A stretch of 63,323 nucleotides of DNA, the filler included, from Rhabdomonas costata (lineage: Eukaryota): assembly GCA_019059605.1 (NCBI GenBank). It is 41 parts of 41 records of this genome, joined end to end, with 100 filler letters (N's around TTAATTAATTAA, not from the genome) between each part and the next. Parts side by side here need not be neighbours in the genome. Positions count along the whole stretch, not along the records: positions 46,405 to 47,850 come from JAHMHO010015733.1; positions 47,951 to 49,396 come from JAHMHO010015734.1; positions 49,497 to 50,942 come from JAHMHO010015735.1; positions 51,043 to 52,489 come from JAHMHO010015736.1; positions 52,590 to 54,035 come from JAHMHO010015737.1; positions 54,136 to 55,581 come from JAHMHO010015738.1; positions 55,682 to 57,126 come from JAHMHO010015739.1; positions 57,227 to 58,672 come from JAHMHO010015740.1; 33 more parts are not named here. One strand, given 5' to 3'. A program made the position numbers and the translations under genes. The notes under the pieces are model-generated. The model saw only the letters and a list, made by a program, of their open reading frames with translations. It was not told the DNA's origin and did no database searches. Position 1 is the first letter of the stretch. Every line of letters starts with the position of its first letter. Below are positions 46,495-58,830 of this stretch, in pieces.

Positions 46495-47557
46495 CTGTGC
46501 CTCTGGGCCCAGCGTTGCGAGGATGCCTGGGTCACCAGTCCCTTCCATCAGCTGAGTCAAAGTGACGTGAGGCAGGGCTTCGAACCAGGCCCGGTTTTTC
46601 CCGTCGCTCCGAGCCACCCACTTTTGCATGCTATTGCTCCACCAGTGCACAGCTCCGTCCTGGTGGCAGATGTTCACGGAGTCACCACCGGAAAACCACC
46701 TTAAAGATACCGAGCCGTTCTGCAGGCAGTCGTCCACCACAAGCTCAGTCTGCTTCCCAATGAGAGGCGAGCGGGCCTTGGCCTCCACCAGCAACCGCTG
46801 AACATAAAAGAAGCACAAAGAAGCATGGGAATGTGGTTACAGCAATAATAAGGTTAAAGTTACACCGCAGACTCAGAGCCGATGCTATTCAGCTCTGGAA
46901 AAGCTAAAGCAATTGAAAAAACACCTATCGTTCAAGCGCGGAAGCCCCTTACATACAAAACGCTGAGTTTCGGGATGGGACCACGTAAAACATCAACAGT
47001 CCGAGTTGAACAACAGAAAGTTCGCATACTATATTGCTACGGGCGAATTCCTCTTCACCAACTCCGGAAATCTCCTTGGGAATGTCACCCACGACGATCC
47101 AAATGGCAAATCATTTTCATTTCGAGACTCCAAGACATAGTGCCACGTCAGTAAGACGTTTTGTTCGTTCGACCCGTAGCATTTTCGCAAGAATCACATG
47201 CATCAGTCAGTGTCAGTGCATGAGCTCGATGTGCAAGCCACTGAGAGATGAGATATCTCCCCTGCCACAGCACCAGAATTGAGAAAGTGGGCGCGCAGAA
47301 GGCATGCGGCATCCGACCTGTAACGGTGCAGGGAGAACCTCGAACTTTTCCATCACATGACCGAAGTCCCACTTCTGATCCGGTTTCGGGGAGTCAAAGA
47401 ACGCAGCATAGTTGCCGCTGCCCTCCTTCACCTGGTGGGGCTTGCCGTCCAGCAGGAAGTCCATCCCCTCCTTGTTCCAATTCGAGGGTGACTCCTTGCC
47501 TCCGGTCCAGCGGACCCACAGCCCGCTCTCAAACTTTGTAACTCGCTTCGGAGTATC
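46495..47557 (-). CDS. Two exons (~47557-47318 and ~46798-46495) of a Trp-rich hypothetical protein
   Basis: TTGCAG and TTCAG acceptors and CAG|GTCG donors bound open coding-like frames. Confidence 0.6.
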
Positions 47558-50500
47558 CTGCAAAGGAACGCAAAGGAAGCCCCTGTCAACACCCTTGCCC
47601 ACATGGGTCACTGCTTAGATGGTTCCCATCAATCGCAGCATCTATTCAGCGGGGGAAGGAAAAAAATTTCAAGCAGTTGGCGAGTGCGCGGGCGAACACC
47701 CATCTGCAGTGGTTCATGCTGACACAAATTATGTTACCACATGTCATATCACTCCAGCATTGGAACGTTTTTTGAATTGCTGAAAAGTCCGACCGGGCCT
47801 GCAGCCTGGACACGATGTCCCCTTGCGGCCAGCAGCCTCCACCCAACAACNNNNNNNNNNNNNNNNNNNNNNNNNNNNNNNNNNNNNNNNNNNNTTAATT
47901 AATTAANNNNNNNNNNNNNNNNNNNNNNNNNNNNNNNNNNNNNNNNNNNNAACACGCACGCAAGCTTGTTGTAATGGTGAGATATCAGGTATCGAGGTCT
48001 CGAGGCGAGGAAATTCCAATGGGCTGAGTCTGAAGACAAATGCAAAGGGGCATTTATGCCATTGCCTCGTGCATGTTGCCCAAAAATATCTTCCAAAACC
48101 CATCTTCGACTTGGGTCTGGGTGAGCGTTATGCTGGATAGCGTGTCTGTCCCTGCCTAGCAGCGTCTTGTGCTCGGAGATGCCTGTCATTCCCAAATTCG
48201 CATGCGATTCCCTGCCCCCCACCCCCACCCCAAAGAAATCTCATTTTATTTGCCTCTTCACCGCTCTACAATGGTTAGGCAGGTACTCGGCGCTCCTTGT
48301 CAAGCGATTTTATGTTGACCCACTCATCTCCCGCTTCTTTTCTGGAGCCCCTGGAACTCCTGGGCTTACCGGTAGGTGTCATGAGGTTATAGTTGAGTCG
48401 CAGAGGGAGGTTCATGACAGGGCAGCAAGCAAAACACCACAACTTGGTTTGATTCGGCGCCCAATGTGGCAAACCGGGGGAAACACGCGCACACACTTGC
48501 CTTCCACAGGACACCAGGCAAGCGCTTCTGCGGCTGCAGCAGGCAAGTACCCTCTTGAAGGGGCTTACATGTTGTCTTGTTTTCTCCATTGCTTTTTTCG
48601 AACGTGGTAAGTTCCTGCCATTCACAGAGTTTATCCGCAGCTTCGTCTCAAACACTCTCTCGAGTCTGTCTTCTGATGTTAAGCGCACTCATACTCACAA
48701 TTGTGGTGCGTTCTACGTTCTGCATGGCACTGAGAAACATCACGCTCCTTTTCGCGACAACCGCCCACTGCCCTATTTCTCTTATCTGCAGAAATCCATA
48801 CAGGAGCATTACCAGCTGCAGCAGGTAACCCCTATCTGCACTCCCTTGCTTCCGTTTATTTTCAACCCTAAAAGGCTTTTTTCCGTACGCGCGCATCATT
48901 TGGCACGTTGTTCCAATAGTTAATGACACCTTGTCTTTCTGATGAAAAACATGAAAAACGGAATACACTTGCGAGAAGACTTTCCGGCTTTGCAAGTGGC
49001 GTCTACCCACCGAAGCGCACCATCTCATCCACCATAAGATTGCTGACGTTCCCACCCCACACCTCACTGGAGCTCCTTAATGCCTTTGCTGTCGATTTCT
49101 CGAATAGGAGGTGGACAAACTTAGCGCCGAGGTCACCGCCAAGGCGCAGGTAACGCTTCTCCAACCCTTCCCTCAAACCCCGACCCGGATGATGTTGCGA
49201 ACAGTGTGGCCCAAAACTCTTTTCGGTTTCTTCCAAAACATACGGTGTCCGGCGTTTTTTTTTGCACTCCATCGTCACTTGCTTCTTTGCGATATCACAT
49301 ACGATCGGGAAAATGTTCTTTGTTCGCCGCCCTTAAATTGGGAGGAGGAGCGGGAAATGAGTCTGAGTTTGGGTGAAAATGACGTGGTTTGTCTGTNNNN
49401 NNNNNNNNNNNNNNNNNNNNNNNNNNNNNNNNNNNNNNNNTTAATTAATTAANNNNNNNNNNNNNNNNNNNNNNNNNNNNNNNNNNNNNNNNNNNNGCGA
49501 CCACCCCCACCTCCTGTGCTACAACTAGTTCGGTTTTTGACTCATGGGCAGTGGCGGTCAGCCATCGCCCCGTGGCCCAGGAGGCTGAAGCTCGGAAGGT
49601 GAACGCGCTCTGGCGGTCACACCCGCCACCAGGCACCCAGCTCGGGCGCAGCTCGCCAAAAGACCGGGGGCGCTCATCATTATATTCGTCCACAAAAACG
49701 GACATCTCCACTGCCACTGCAGGCCAGCAACGCATCAAGCCAGACTTTCCCACTTTGTCCACTATAGGATGACTCTTCATTCGTATCACCCCCCACCCCC
49801 CTAACAGCAACAACGTAGGTGGTGACGCTTCCAAACCTTCCAAACCTTGTCATTCCTGTGTGCTGCTCATCCTTTTCCTGTTCCTTTTTGCCTTCCACCC
49901 TTTTTCTCCTTCACCTCCTTCTGATGCACACCTTGAGGTATGTACATACTGGAAGGTTCTGGAAGGTGACGTCCGGTTTTAGCAACCCCTTGAGCATGTC
50001 GGTTCTCAAGGACATTAAACGTCAGCAGCTCCCTGGGGACCAATGGGTGGTAGTAGGCGGATTGCATTGAAGGAGCATTCCCTGACCCCCTCCCCCGTTG
50101 CGTACATCTCTGCAGGTATGGTTCCGGCACCCTCACGCGTGCAGAAGGGCCAGCCAAAGCGCCCAGAGGCTTCCTCGCAACGAACCGACAGGTTGACGCG
50201 GGACGTGTGGGCCTGAGGGCGCTTTTTGCCTTTTCTCACCGTTGACTCTAACACACTTTCCTCAGAGACCAGCACCCACAAGAAGGGTGTCAGAGGTTCG
50301 CTGCAGAGCGCTATACTACCTCGAAGCCATCACCCCTGCCTGCGGAAACAAGCCGACATAACCACTATTTTAGGTTCCGCCTTGAAAAGACATTTGTGGA
50401 TCAAGGGGATGTTGTTGGTAATGTTGCTGGAAAGCTGAAAACTCAAACGCAAGGAACTCGTAGCTGCGTACTTTCAGCCTGCTGAGAAGTATAGCTGGCT

Positions 50501-52667
50501 GTAAACATCAACATCAAAAACAGGCGTCGGAGTACTGGTTTGATTGCAGACTTTCCAGACATCAGACGATCAGACGGTTCCGCCAGCTGGGCAGGTTTGC
50601 CAGTCATTGTTTGCGCTGCTCCCTGCACAGGAAAAATGTTCAGCGGAAGAAATCACTCACGCCTCCCGTGTTACCGAGCAGTGCTATGCCGCCACCCCGG
50701 CAGCCTCCGGTAAGCCCCATAGCTATCCTACCGCCTCCCTCAACACTTCTCCTGGGCACTGAGCCCCACCCTGCCGAATCCTCATTGGCAAAGGTTTTTC
50801 TCCCTTCGCAACCATCAACCTCCGCCCCCCTGGCTCTGCCCTCTGGTTCGCCTTCACTTCCTACGGGACACGTGGCCCAACTTTGCAGCGACCGCACCGA
50901 TCCCCACCTTCAGCCAAACATCTCTAGCCGAAGTTCTGTCTCNNNNNNNNNNNNNNNNNNNNNNNNNNNNNNNNNNNNNNNNNNNNTTAATTAATTAANN
51001 NNNNNNNNNNNNNNNNNNNNNNNNNNNNNNNNNNNNNNNNNNGTGGTGGTGGGAAATTCTGAGGACGGGAACTGCTCGCGGTCGATGCGCGTCCACAGCA
51101 CATGCAGCCCACCTGGGGTGGCAGGGTCTGGGGAAGTCGAGGAAGGTGCTGTCATTGTTCGGTAGTTCGGATAGGAAGGAGGGAGATATTTGACTGAAGA
51201 CGGAGCAAAAGATGCACCCTTGACCTTAATCCATAGGTCTCTTTGGGAGTTGGCAGCCATCCAAATGGAAGCGAGTGAATGTGAACGACAGCGGGGAACC
51301 TCGCGCCTCACAAACGCAACTCGAGTCCATGGGATCAGCTTGTGAATTCTGTTCTGGACAAACTGTTAACGAAAAGCAGAGTATTCCATGAGATGAGAAA
51401 CAAAGCACACACTTTGTGCCAAGGTTTTTTGCGGCAACGCTCGCCTCTTCCCCCCTAGGCTCCACAGACGCATACCACTATTTTTTCCCCAGCCCCAAGT
51501 CAGACAGACAATTTCACGGGTCCCAGGGTTAGGGGCGAATTTTTAATTTTTAGAGTAGCGCTCAGAAACACTAACAATGGATTATATGCTTCAGAATCTC
51601 ACCTTAGCCGGGGATGGGGACAGTGGGCGCAGCATGAATCCCTCTTCGGCCATGTCACGCTTGAACAAAGTGCTCTGCAGCAGCATACAAACAGCCGCAG
51701 ACCAAGTCACCAAACACAAACACACGACACACTAAGGACACTCAACGGGCACTTATTGACAATATATGCACACAAAAGCGCAAAAGAGCAAGGGCTCAGT
51801 TTCTATCCGGCCTTCAAAACTTACGAGATCCACATGGGGGGGGGGAGATCCCAGCGGTTCAATGCTCACCCAGAGGTGCCACTGTAACTGCTCCCGTGAT
51901 CACTGTCCTCGCCAGCCCCAAGCTCGGCCCTGCAGCCAGCGCCAGCACCAGAGGAGGAGGTCACAGAGGCGAAGGACGATGCCAAACTTCGGCGGCTCCT
52001 GCTGCTTGCTGTGTTATTGTATTATTGTTAGTGAGACAAGAAAGGTCGAAAGTGCACAGAATGTGTCATGTGTGCTTATGCTATAACAATCTGGGTTGAA
52101 GTGCACTAGTCACTGAAAACAAGCAAAGGACTAGGCAGAAGCATAAGACAGTTGTGGGCGATGCGCAACACTATAAAACAATGCCGAAACAAAATACGAC
52201 GGAACCTCCATCAGAAGAGCAGCACAACATTAGGTGCAGAGACGTAATGCAAGGATAGAAGATCCAAGGTCTCGGAGAGATTCGTGAAAGAAGCCATCTC
52301 GCAAAAAAAAAACGCAATCAATGTTGATGACATAAGCAGGCTGCAGAATAGGCTGTAATAATAAATCCTATACCCAAACCATATCGTATTCAGGCCCAGT
52401 AATCAGACGCTACTGTGTGAAAGTTGCAGATCGGCAGTCATTGTCAAGCCAGCGGTTCTCCGCTCAGTCTCCAGTTTCGACAAAAAAAANNNNNNNNNNN
52501 NNNNNNNNNNNNNNNNNNNNNNNNNNNNNNNNNTTAATTAATTAANNNNNNNNNNNNNNNNNNNNNNNNNNNNNNNNNNNNNNNNNNNNCTCCCTCCTCT
52601 TCAACAACAAAACAATGGGATAAGTTGCAACCAAGGTGCAGGTGGGAGCGGGGGAGAGTGAGCAGAC

Positions 52668-53488
52668 CCTCCCCGTTTCAGAGCTTCCGGGAAGAGAATG
52701 GCAAAGCTGGTTTGCTGCTGCACATAGGTGTGCCCTCCGTCGTCGATGATCAGGTCAAAGCTCTGGCTACCCTCTCTCCCCAGAAGGTGCCGCAGAAACG
52801 GCGGCGAAGCCTGGTCCCCGATGTACACCTCAAACGGGCCTTTTCCCGCTGAAAACGACAGCGGCAACGACCGTTATATGCAACTGGTGGCTTCCGAAAG
52901 AAGCGATCGCTGATCGATCGACGATCGTCTCCAGCCCGTAAGGGGCGCGCTTCTTCTTGCGTGTGCTCGCACGCAAACGCAACGATTAGCAGAACAAGAG
53001 AAAGGGCCCACCGCATGTTACAGAGCTTGAGCTAGAGTTACAGTTTCTAGTGAACATTCTGGAACCTGGAACAAGATAGGTGATGAGGGGGGGGGCAGAC
53101 TAGGTTCTCGCTGAGTCACAAACATGCTCAGGGTGCAGACAAGAAAGCACGAACTCTCACACTCTCACCCTGGTCGCGGTATTGTTGCTCGTCCATGATG
53201 TCCACCCCGACAATCCTCGCGGCGGTGGGGAACAGCTTTTGCCATGCCCGCATGGAGCTGAACCCCTGCAGCCCAATCTCGAGCATCGTCACAGGGGCCT
53301 GTGCCGCGGCCAGGGGCCGCAACAGGTCGCCGTAGTGCAGGTCATAGTGGTGGTGCCTGGCCTTGTCGCTGCCGTGCTGGTTGGCCAGCCCGGCGAACCT
53401 CCGCTCCACGCCCGCCGCCTCCGCCCGTGCGCTGGCGTTGAGGAGCATCAGCAGCTCCAGAGAGGCTGCGGCCACCGCAGTGGAGTTC
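52668..53488 (-). CDS. Class I SAM-dependent O-methyltransferase, MycE/ElmMI-like (exons 53488-53169 and 52848-52668)
   Basis: GSDK..HHY...Y, MLEIG, W...FP..RIVGVDI, GDQA, FDLIIDDGGH..QQ..SF..LFP..LK.GG; phase-1 junction is consistent. Confidence 0.9.
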
Positions 53489-54363
53489 CTGGCCTCTGCC
53501 GTTGTAGAAATTGCCTGATTTGCTCGGTACTTGGAGGGGGGGTGGGCGCTCGTTTAGCTTCGGTAAGCTGCACAGCGTGCGTTCGAGGAAAATTCGGCAC
53601 ATGAAGACGTTCACAGAACGATTATAACAGTTTGATACCTGGCTCAGATGTTGGCGTCAGCGCGAGACCGTGGTGTAAAGCTGCAATCCCCAAGTGCTTC
53701 GCCTCTGTTAGGCCAAATGTTTGAACTCTGGTAGACCCAAACCTGAACCCTGTAAACAGCCGCTCGATGCCATGACACAATCTTCACAAGTTTTACCCTC
53801 GGCAATTTTACTGTAGCGCTTGAAAACGCACCCTAACACGGGCATGAGCTTATCGGGGAGCAGCATGAATAGGAATGCGAATGGTCTTAATGGTAGAGCG
53901 GGGCACTTCGACTTTTTCACTAGAGGCCAGGAACGTTTTTTTTCAAATTACTGAAAGCTTCTTTCTTGTACCCTGATCCTATACCTAATCCTATTCGTTA
54001 GGACGATAGTGAAAAAGTCGAAGTGCCCCACCCACNNNNNNNNNNNNNNNNNNNNNNNNNNNNNNNNNNNNNNNNNNNNTTAATTAATTAANNNNNNNNN
54101 NNNNNNNNNNNNNNNNNNNNNNNNNNNNNNNNNNNTTTTGGTTGTAAATTCTAAATGGCCGTCTGATCGATTTTTCCTCCCTCAGACCTTGGCGATTCTC
54201 ATCGCAGCATTGCCCTTCTGAAACGGCCAAGGGAAAAACATCACCAGGGTTCCGTGAAAAACTGCCTGGAGTATTTCGCTTTCGTATATTTTGTGCATTT
54301 TGCACCTCATAGAGAATTCTTATTTGTACTAACACAGAGAAGGCAAAGGCAAAGGGAACGTAC

Positions 54364-54814
54364 CCGACATGCCCGATCAAGTGTGCGAGGTAGTTCAGTG
54401 CCTTGCAGCGGTACTCCTGTAAGCCATACATAATTCGCCTGGCTGCACTGGCAACCACAGCTTGTACGCCACATAGCCCCCACTCTCCCCACAACAACGA
54501 CAATGATCCCACGCTGGCTAAATAATGCTATCCGTGGGAGTCATGTGGCGCGTGCAAGTCAGAATCAAGGCATCAATGCGGACCCCGCCGCGTCGCGAAG
54601 GTGATTGGTAAAACCGAAAATCTTTGGAACAACTTTGGTGCAAAAAATCTCAACTGCAGCGCACCAGATCACCTGCACAGCTTCCATTCGCGGGCACGGC
54701 ATGCAAGAACGGTGACCCAGTTGTGTGCGCGGGACAGACCTCTGCTCCTACGGGCATCGGGAACAGCAGCGTGAGCACTCGGGTGTTCAGCACCGGGATC
54801 AGGTTGTACCAGTA
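54364..54814 (-). CDS. M16A metallopeptidase (insulysin/nardilysin-like) fragment (exons 54814-54740 and 54416-54364)
   Basis: YNLIPVLNTRVLTLLFPMP + EYRCKALNYLAHLIGHVG matches the IDE-family VPxKxxxxLxxxFP...YLxHLIGHEG pattern. Confidence 0.8.
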
Positions 54815-57617
54815 CTAGAAGCCCCAAAGAGAAGGAAGGTGGTGGACGGCCCCATGCGATTAGGGGATAATCATCACAGGATAGCAACGGAAACGGAAAC
54901 GGGAAACTAATTTCACTCCATGCTCAGAGAAAATTGTGGGTTCTGTGACGCCTGTCCATCGCTACTCACTCCCGCCCAGGGAGAAACAAGGACACGACGA
55001 GAGCGCTGTCTCATCAGCCCTGACTCCCTGACGAATTCAAAGCCATACACTATATTCACAAAAAACCTGGCTTCCGAGTTTGAATCCAGCACACTGATTC
55101 TAACTGATCGGAGACGTAGCTTGCTCAGCACACCAACGGAATGCGACGGATTCACCCCTACCCTTGGCTAGTTTCTGTCGTCACAAAAAGCAGATGACTA
55201 AGCAAGGGGGCCAAACAAAATTCATTGTGTAGAAGGGCGGGCACATCCTGCTCGCAAGGGCAACACCGCCGTAAAATAGGACATACACTGCCTGGTTGCC
55301 GCAGACCAAAAGCAAAGATTGACCCAGCGCGGGATAGAATTCAGTGAACTGGTCACGGAACCAACAAACACGACGTTTGGTGCGGTAGCGTCCCCAGTGG
55401 TGGGCGCTACCCGCAGCTCAAAGAGGGCAGGAATCGGGAGGAGGAAGGCAGAAGAAGGCAGAAGGCACACACCCCGAGCTCCTTCTCCGTGAAAGGCTGC
55501 GCAAAAGAGGAGAACCAGAGCTGTTCCTTCGTTCCCTTTCCTTTCTTGCCATGTCAACACCCACCCACACACACCCAACACNNNNNNNNNNNNNNNNNNN
55601 NNNNNNNNNNNNNNNNNNNNNNNNNTTAATTAATTAANNNNNNNNNNNNNNNNNNNNNNNNNNNNNNNNNNNNNNNNNNNNTTTTGTGCGTTGTAGCCAG
55701 CTTGGCCAGTTTGATGCGATCGTGTTATTTGAGCTTTGTATGCCATTTATTAAAAGCCCAGAGCAGCATTAAGTTGCAAGAATGCTTTCGAAAGGGGACT
55801 CCGAGCACAACAGTGGGGTTATTGAGTTTCCTTCTTCCAAAAGGAATGGTTGAAATTACCGCGTAGAAAATGCGTCTACGTTCTAAGCGGTGCAACGCTT
55901 TTTGAATGTTTCTACTTTCGGGTCCCCTCTCCCCCCCTTTATCGGGAGCTTACTTTTTTTTGGAAGCTCGCTTGGGTCGTCGACCCCCGACCCTTAATCA
56001 CTGCTAGCTCGTTGAAAGCGAATCAACCGTAGCAGAAAGGAACCCGCCAAGGCCAAGGCGGTCTCTATTTCCGCCCAACAACACACACAAAAAACGAAAG
56101 CACTACATAGGCGTGGGCGCCGAAAGGGAAGATACCACCGCGATGTCACTCGCGGCGCTCGCGAAAACACACAGATCGCACTGCGTCAAAAACTGCGAGC
56201 AAATGGGGCGAACTCCGAGTAAGCGAGTGAAGGAAATCATGAAATCAGATGTATGTAGAATGCACGTGCTGTGTTTGACAGCGGGGCGACTGGGGAAGGC
56301 GCACACCGTCGAATTAATCCCTTAGCTGCGCTTCCACAGAAGTGTGTGCTTTTGGTGGGCCGGGAAATCGCTTGGCTACAGCTCGAGGAGTCTGGTGGGG
56401 GGAGACTCAGCCTCGACCCCGGGCTCCGGAAACCCGCGCTCCAGCTGGCGGCACACAGCTCTGAGGACGGCCACCCCAACGCGGTTCTGACATTTCCGGA
56501 TGGCTTCGGCCTTTGAGTGTAGCCATGCTTCAAAGCCCAGGCTTTTGCCAACCGATGCAGAAGGTAGCGAGCCTACCCTCCCCAGGCGCCCAAGGCTTCG
56601 ATGACGAAAGGGTGATCGGTCCGTTCTCGCGAAGCTTGCGGCGCTCCACCGCGAAGGCCAACTTTCTGCGGTGCGCGTCCGCTAAATCTTCTGAAGGTTG
56701 CAGAGGAGGCACCACTGAAAAATCGACCGACGAAGGGGACGGTCCGTCAAGCCCGTGAACCAGGCAGCCTGCCGGGCGGTCAAGGGAGTCATCTGGACCT
56801 CGACCTGCAAACCCGCCTCTTCGCACAGCTCAGAAAACTGCAAGCGCAGGTCGTTGTGTCTGGCCTACACTCCTACACTCGAGCAGCAAAGCGCGTGATC
56901 ACCGCGTTTTTCCATTGGGCGCGAGCATCCAGGGCATATCGCTTCAGCCGTTTCGATGAAAGCGACTCCCGAGACGGAATCTTGCCCAAAGACGCCATGC
57001 ATGGGAGAGGGACAAGATGCTGGCTTCGTCTTGGTCGTGCGCAGCCTCCAAGAGGGCTGTTGAATCTAAGCAATCCGCGCACACAACACCTCATCACCTC
57101 ATCACCTTAGACACCGACCACCCCCCNNNNNNNNNNNNNNNNNNNNNNNNNNNNNNNNNNNNNNNNNNNNTTAATTAATTAANNNNNNNNNNNNNNNNNN
57201 NNNNNNNNNNNNNNNNNNNNNNNNNNTGGCGCGACGTGAAGCAGATGTTCATCGGGCAGCTGGTGCGGGTGTCCCCAGCCTTATATTCTTGATGATGAGT
57301 CGCTTGCAACCGAAGGGCATTCTATGGTTGGATCTCTGCCTACGCGGGGGCCTTTAGCGGTGTTACACGTGTTGGTTTTTAAAGATTGAACTTGATCTCA
57401 ATGCGATTCCATGGGATGTCGGGTGCACCCCCCCCCCGACTGACGGCTCGGCGGATGGCTGCCTCGTGCTTTCTTTTGGAACCTGAGCGATGACAATCAG
57501 TGAAGGCACTGAAAGCATGTTGAAGGTAAGGTTTTGATGCGCCATGGTGATCTCTTGTCGCTGCCGGTAGAAGCGGGTAAGGGCTCCGCGGGTTTGATTC
57601 TGCTTCCCTGCTCATAG

Positions 57618-58253
57618 GTGGCCGCTGTTGAAGTTGTGAACCCCTCTGCCGCCGCGGCCGCCACAACCACCGCCGCTGCCACTACCACCGTTAGCTGCTC
57701 CCCGTATAGCCTTGCCCCTCCCGCGCCCCTGGTGTTGGCCGTTGCCCTGCGGCAGGCCATCAGCTCAGAGACGGACGAGGTGCCGCACTGTTCCTCATGC
57801 TCAGAACCTAAGGAGAGCAGTTTTTTTTTGTGGGCGGGGGGGATGAAGGCTGGACCTCACCGAGAAACCACGGGTAAGCAGCCTCCGTGATGAGTATTGA
57901 TGTCAGATGGCCAGGGTGGATTTCGGACGCACCACGACCGCCTCATGGAAACATCTGAGAAGGGAATTCGTCGGATGGGTGGACTCCCCCCCTTCAACGT
58001 TTCCTCCCTGTAATTCAGTATGGTGTTCATTCGTTGCAGAATTCATACCCTCTTTTTCTTTCTAAGTGAAGGCCACCTGGGGCTCTCTCAGTTCCTCATT
58101 CTTTCCCTTTCTCCCTTGAGTGCTTGCATTGGATCTCGCAGTGGATGTATCAGCTGCAGGACGCAGACAAGAACGACCCCTTCAAGGCGTACAATGAGGG
58201 GGTGAGGACCTTCGTAGCCTCGGACCGGAACCAAGGGCTGGACTTGCTGAAGG
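57618..58253 (+). CDS. Exons (~57618-57779 and 58142-58253) of a hypothetical protein
   Basis: AG/GT-bounded open frames: an Ala/Thr-rich segment and WMYQLQDADKNDPFKAYNEGVRTFVASDRNQGLDLLK. Confidence 0.5.
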
Positions 58254-58791
58254 TGTGGTGCGGCGCGGTGCGAACTGGTTGGGGTGAGGGGACGGCATGT
58301 GCGTGGAAAGGACCGTAAGGGCGGGGTCGACGTCTGTGTGGTTGACCCTTGGCCGTCTCTGCTTGCCTGCCGTCAGCGGAAAGCCCCTCCCCCGCGATGC
58401 ACTCTGTTCATGTGCCCGCTGTGCAATTTCATGCAGTAATCTTTTTTTTGTAAAAGAAAATCTTTTCCAGTGTTTGTACGTAGGATGACACGGCCGGTGG
58501 GGGGAGGCGCTTGAGCTGCAATGCAGAAACAAAAACCCACCATTCGTACTGAGTTCTCCCCCCTCCCCTTTTTTGGAACGGAAGGAACTGCACTGCGGCA
58601 ACAAGGTTGTTAATACAGTGGCGGGAGCTTCAACAAACTCCAATTACCCAACCAACCAAACACACCCACCACNNNNNNNNNNNNNNNNNNNNNNNNNNNN
58701 NNNNNNNNNNNNNNNNTTAATTAATTAANNNNNNNNNNNNNNNNNNNNNNNNNNNNNNNNNNNNNNNNNNNNGGGTGTGGTGAAACATGGG

Positions 58792-58830
<39 letters not shown>

